Assembly (NCBI GenBank): GCA_028865345.1
Contig: JAGWKL010000009.1
Location: 7,382 to 71,381, forward strand
Length of the DNA stretch: 64,000 nucleotides
Direction: 5' to 3'
DNA from: Candidatus Omnitrophota bacterium
GTDB taxonomy: Bacteria > Omnitrophota > Gorgyraeia > Zapsychrales > Fredricksoniimonadaceae
This document shows, piece by piece, positions 60,628-64,000 of this stretch. Each line of letters opens with the position of its first letter. Positions within the stretch are counted from its first letter, which is position 1. The position numbers and the translations under genes were made by a program. A model generated the notes under the pieces. It made no database searches and was not told the DNA's origin. It was given only the letters and a program-made list of their open reading frames with translations.

Positions 60628-61853
60628 GAATGCCCTGCCGGTAAAAAGACAGTAAACACCGTACCCTTTGAAGGCGCGCTTTCAATTTCTATTTTTCCGT
60701 CATACAAGCGGACGATCTCACTGACAATGGTCAGGCCCAGGCCGCAGCCTTCTTCCATGCCTTTGGTTGTGAAAAACGGCTCAAAGATCTTTTCAATGTT
60801 CTGCTTTGGGATACCTTTGCCCGAATCCGAGACCTGGATCTTGACCATGTCCCCTTCCATGGCGGTCAAGATCGCGATGGTACCTTCCCGGTCGATCGCG
60901 TCGGCGGCGTTGCGGATGATATTGGAAACGACCCTTTCCAGGCCGCGATCATCCAAGGGGGCCAGTCCTTCCTGCAGGCGACGCGTCACAGTGATGTTTT
61001 TATGAGCAAAATCCCCTCTTAATTCCTTCAGGCACTGCTCCACGCAGTTATTGACATCCACCAGGCCTGCTGTTGATGTGTTGCGCGCGCAGGCCAGAAG
61101 GCTTTTGACGATGTTGGCCATGCGTCTCAGGCCCTGGCGGGCCTCCAGAAGATATTCGCGGACAACCTCATTGTCTTCATCCAGGTGTTCAAGGGAAAGG
61201 TTCGTGTAACGCATGACGCCGTCTAAGGGATTGTTGAATTCATGGGCAATGCCGCCGGCAAGTTTGCCAAGCGACGCCAGACGCTCATGCAGGACAACTT
61301 CTTTCTTCAGGCGGGCAGCTTCCTGGTTGGTACGTCCCAGCTGGCTGTTGAGCATAAGGCGCTCAAAGTTCAAAGCGATCTGGCTGGAGAGAAAATCCAG
61401 GACCTTCAATTCGTTCTTATTGAACTTCTGATGCGTGGTCTTGTCGGAGATGTTGATGACGCCGATCAGCCTGTCCTTGATCAGAAGCGGCGCGCAGATG
61501 AACGAAGGCGAGCGGTAGCTCCTGCGGGGCTTGAGGTCGCCGAAGCGCTTGTCCCGGCCGATATCGTCGACCAATACCGGCATTTTGAGCTGGGCCACAT
61601 GCCCGACAATGCCCTCTCCCATGCGCTTGACCAAGAGCATCTGCTCATCCGTCTTCAGGCCCCTGGAAACCTGCAGGACAAGCTTGTCGCCTGCATCCAG
61701 AAGAAAAATAGAGCCGCGCGTGGCCCGCATTAGCTCAAGAATATCATTCAGAGCGCCTTCCAGAAGATCGTTGACATTATCTGCAACGAGCGCGGCCGCG
61801 CATACCCCATTGATCCTTGCCAGGATGCTTTGTTGTTTCACCGCAAGCACCAT
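60624..61853 (-). CDS. Soluble GAF sensor histidine kinase
   Basis: GAF domain, AHEFNNPL H-box, DSGKG, FEPFFTTK and GLGL. No TM segment. Confidence 0.93.
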   Translation of the reverse strand: MVLAVKQQSILARINGVCAAALVADNVNDLLEGALNDILELMRATRGSIFLLDAGDKLVLQVSRGLKTDEQMLLVKRMGEGIVGHVAQLKMPVLVDDIGRDKRFGDLKPRRSYRSPSFICAPLLIKDRLIGVINISDKTTHQKFNKNELKVLDFLSSQIALNFERLMLNSQLGRTNQEAARLKKEVVLHERLASLGKLAGGIAHEFNNPLDGVMRYTNLSLEHLDEDNEVVREYLLEARQGLRRMANIVKSLLACARNTSTAGLVDVNNCVEQCLKELRGDFAHKNITVTRRLQEGLAPLDDRGLERVVSNIIRNAADAIDREGTIAILTAMEGDMVKIQVSDSGKGIPKQNIEKIFEPFFTTKGMEEGCGLGLTIVSEIVRLYDGKIEIESAPSKGTVFTVFLPAGHS

Positions 61854-61865
61854 AATTCCTTCTGC

Positions 61866-62756
61866 CTATTTCCCCTCTTGCCGCGGAGTGATCTTCACAT
61901 GATTGGTTTTGAGCCTGGTAATATTGACCACCATGCCTTTGAACAATCCAATCATCGGATGTTGAGGGTATTTCTTCATGAACTCTTTGTAAATCTCAAC
62001 GGGCAAATCATAATTCTTCATGTGGACGATGGCCGCCACATTAATGACATAAATCGCTTCCCGCAGGCTTCTTTCGTCCGCGTCCGCCATCAACATTTCC
62101 CGGCAATACTTCACGACCTGGGGCCAATCCTGCCTGGCAAGGTCCGCGGAAACCATCAGCTTCAAGGCGGCGGTACGGATCTCTTTATCACGAGAATGTT
62201 CTAAGACATTTTTGTATTGGGTAATGGCGCGGCCAAAAGCCTCTGATTTATCTGCAGGATCGTTTTGGGCCTGGCGGCTGGCGATATATAAAGGAAGTTT
62301 TAAACCGACTACGGTTGTAGGATAAAGCCGGATGGTCTTTTGATACTGCTCCTGCGCCTGGGGCCAGTCCTTTTGCACTTCGTAGGTTTCTCCAATGGCT
62401 GCCATGGCCTCGGCAATATGCTGCGGATCATGGGGAAAGGCCGCCGGGATTTCGGCATAAACCTTGCGTGCCGCATCATAATTTTTTCTGACCAGATCGA
62501 CCTTAGCTATCCACATATACGCCTGGGGGACAAGAGGCGAATGAGAATAGGCCTTGATAAAATCCCTATAACGCCGGATGATCTGCTCAAACGTAAAGTC
62601 CGGAACAGCTTCCGGTTCCTGCTCCAATAGATTCATCTGTTGGTTGATATGCCACAAGCTGCGTTCGGCAGAGTACTCCCCTTTGAAGTCCAGAAGACTC
62701 AGGAGAACATAAACCGCAACCAGGACGATCAAAAGTCTGATGATAAGTTTCTTCAT
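61866..62756 (-). CDS. Membrane-anchored TPR protein
   Basis: N-terminal TM segment and BamD/YbgF-like TPR helices (YPTT, YPQHP). ATG at 62756. Confidence 0.8.
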   Translation of the reverse strand: MKKLIIRLLIVLVAVYVLLSLLDFKGEYSAERSLWHINQQMNLLEQEPEAVPDFTFEQIIRRYRDFIKAYSHSPLVPQAYMWIAKVDLVRKNYDAARKVYAEIPAAFPHDPQHIAEAMAAIGETYEVQKDWPQAQEQYQKTIRLYPTTVVGLKLPLYIASRQAQNDPADKSEAFGRAITQYKNVLEHSRDKEIRTAALKLMVSADLARQDWPQVVKYCREMLMADADERSLREAIYVINVAAIVHMKNYDLPVEIYKEFMKKYPQHPMIGLFKGMVVNITRLKTNHVKITPRQEGK

Positions 62757-63640
62757 GCCGAAGGTCTCGCCGGATTTTCCTTGGTATACAAATAATAGGT
62801 GGTCACCGCCGCTGCGATGATGCAATCCACCAGGGTGGCGCAAATAGTGCTGACTACAAGGACGACCAGTTCAATTTCAGGAAAGGTTACGGTCATCAAA
62901 GCCGGAATTTTGTCACGCGCAAGCAGGACCGGTAAATAGAAAAGTGTGGGCACAAGCACAACAACGATCGTAAACCAAAACGACTGCCAAAAGAACTTCA
63001 ATCCCAGTCCTATCGCAGGGAATATCTTCTTTTTTTCAAGAACGATAATGGGAATGACATAAATCAAAACCGCTGTGATCAAAATCCCCACCAGAAACTG
63101 CACATAGAGACCGCTGCCAAGAATTGCATGTTTGATAAAACCATGCACCCCGCCCTTGGCTTGGATTTTTGCTGCCCAAATATACAAATTGTTATAACTC
63201 TTGGCAAAGGCGAAAAACAAGAAAAAAGAAAGGAAGGAGGCCAAAAGAACATGGATATAGGAAGGCCAACAGTCCTTCCATGCTTCTTTAACGGACATTT
63301 TTTTGTCGTTGTTGAAAGCGCCTATGAGCCGGATGGAAACAGCCAAAAGAAAGCCTCCGGCAAACAAATAAATGACCACCTGGGCGTAATAGAATAATTT
63401 AGGCAAAAGAAGGAAATTATAGGGATAGTGCAGAAATTCCGGGCCCCAGAGACGGCTGATCAAGGGGGCAAAAAAAACGGACAATGGCGGACGGGGAGCG
63501 AAATAGAAAATTTCAAGGGCCAACAATTGAAAGAAGACACTGATGACTAAGGGATAGAAAATTATGGGATGTTGGAACAGGATTGAAATCGAAGAGTTCA
63601 GGACAGCAAACGGCTTAGGGCGCAAGGATTTCGACGTCAT
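62753..63640 (-). CDS. Polytopic membrane protein
   Basis: Several TM segments. ATGA-coupled to the TPR gene. Confidence 0.75.
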   Translation of the reverse strand: MTSKSLRPKPFAVLNSSISILFQHPIIFYPLVISVFFQLLALEIFYFAPRPPLSVFFAPLISRLWGPEFLHYPYNFLLLPKLFYYAQVVIYLFAGGFLLAVSIRLIGAFNNDKKMSVKEAWKDCWPSYIHVLLASFLSFFLFFAFAKSYNNLYIWAAKIQAKGGVHGFIKHAILGSGLYVQFLVGILITAVLIYVIPIIVLEKKKIFPAIGLGLKFFWQSFWFTIVVVLVPTLFYLPVLLARDKIPALMTVTFPEIELVVLVVSTICATLVDCIIAAAVTTYYLYTKENPARPSA

Positions 63641-63731
63641 GAGTATTAATGTATCTCTTTATTATGTAATTAGTTATGAATAATAATATCACAATTTCAA
63701 AGATCAGTCCAGGTTAAAGAAACAATATGTT

Positions 63732-63762
63732 AAAAAAGCAGACATTGATGGTCTGCTTTTTT
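63732..63762. terminator. Bidirectional intrinsic terminator
   Basis: AAAAAAGCAGAC-ATTGATG-GTCTGCTTTTTT. Confidence 0.75.
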
Positions 63763-63787
63763 ATACTGGTAATAAATGTCAAAACAA

Positions 63788-64000
63788 CTATTTCAAACAG
63801 GGCTTTACTGCTTTTGTGCGAAAATACATCACTATGATAAACATGCCCACAGCCAAAAGAAGAAGTGAAGTCGGTTCAGGATCATGAACAGAAGCAAGGG
63901 TCCCTCCTGTCGGATCCACACCTCCCGGAGGCGGGACAGTAACAACTGTGCCCGAGCCGCCGGTAAGTCCGCTGGTTAATCCAGAAGACGAACCTGAACC
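63788..64000 (-). CDS. PEP-CTERM sorting-domain protein, 5'-partial
   Basis: Gly/Ser/Thr-rich linker, then HDPEPTSLLLLAVGMFIIVMYFRTK (PEP, TM segment, basic tail). Not in the ORF track. Confidence 0.82.
   Translation of the reverse strand, partial: GSGSSSGLTSGLTGGSGTVVTVPPPGGVDPTGGTLASVHDPEPTSLLLLAVGMFIIVMYFRTKAVKPCLK

Overview
Bacterial chromosomal window, most likely Candidatus Omnitrophota (inferred from protein style, not verified). It appears to span the replication terminus. Genes are almost all on the + strand up to about 47 kb and almost all on the - strand after it, and a 28-bp dif-like XerC/XerD site sits at the switch (47019-47046). The left 47 kb is a dense energy-metabolism region: tetrapyrrole synthesis (hemC-cobA-hemD fusion, hemB, hemL, hemY-like, hemA), moeA/mobA, a complete F-type ATP synthase, an A1-type heme-copper oxidase plus Rieske/cytochrome b cluster with heme A/O synthases, exported Trx-MsrB-MsrA, TCA enzymes (acnA, gltA, fumC) and cyclic-dinucleotide signalling parts. 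The signalling parts are a GEMM-I riboswitch with A at position 20 (the cGAMP-type signature), two PilZ proteins and an HD-GYP regulator. The right 17 kb is accessory: a free-standing Zn-finger/HTH/LAGLIDADG gene abutting dif, two toxin-antitoxin pairs, a tandem HNH-like protein, a split large modular protein carrying a phosphorylase-like glycosyltransferase domain, and a PEP-CTERM/TPR/GAF-kinase/NtrC cluster. Two unexplained structured non-coding elements (6478-6686 and 12822-12915) were also found. All calls come from reading motifs by eye; no searches were run.
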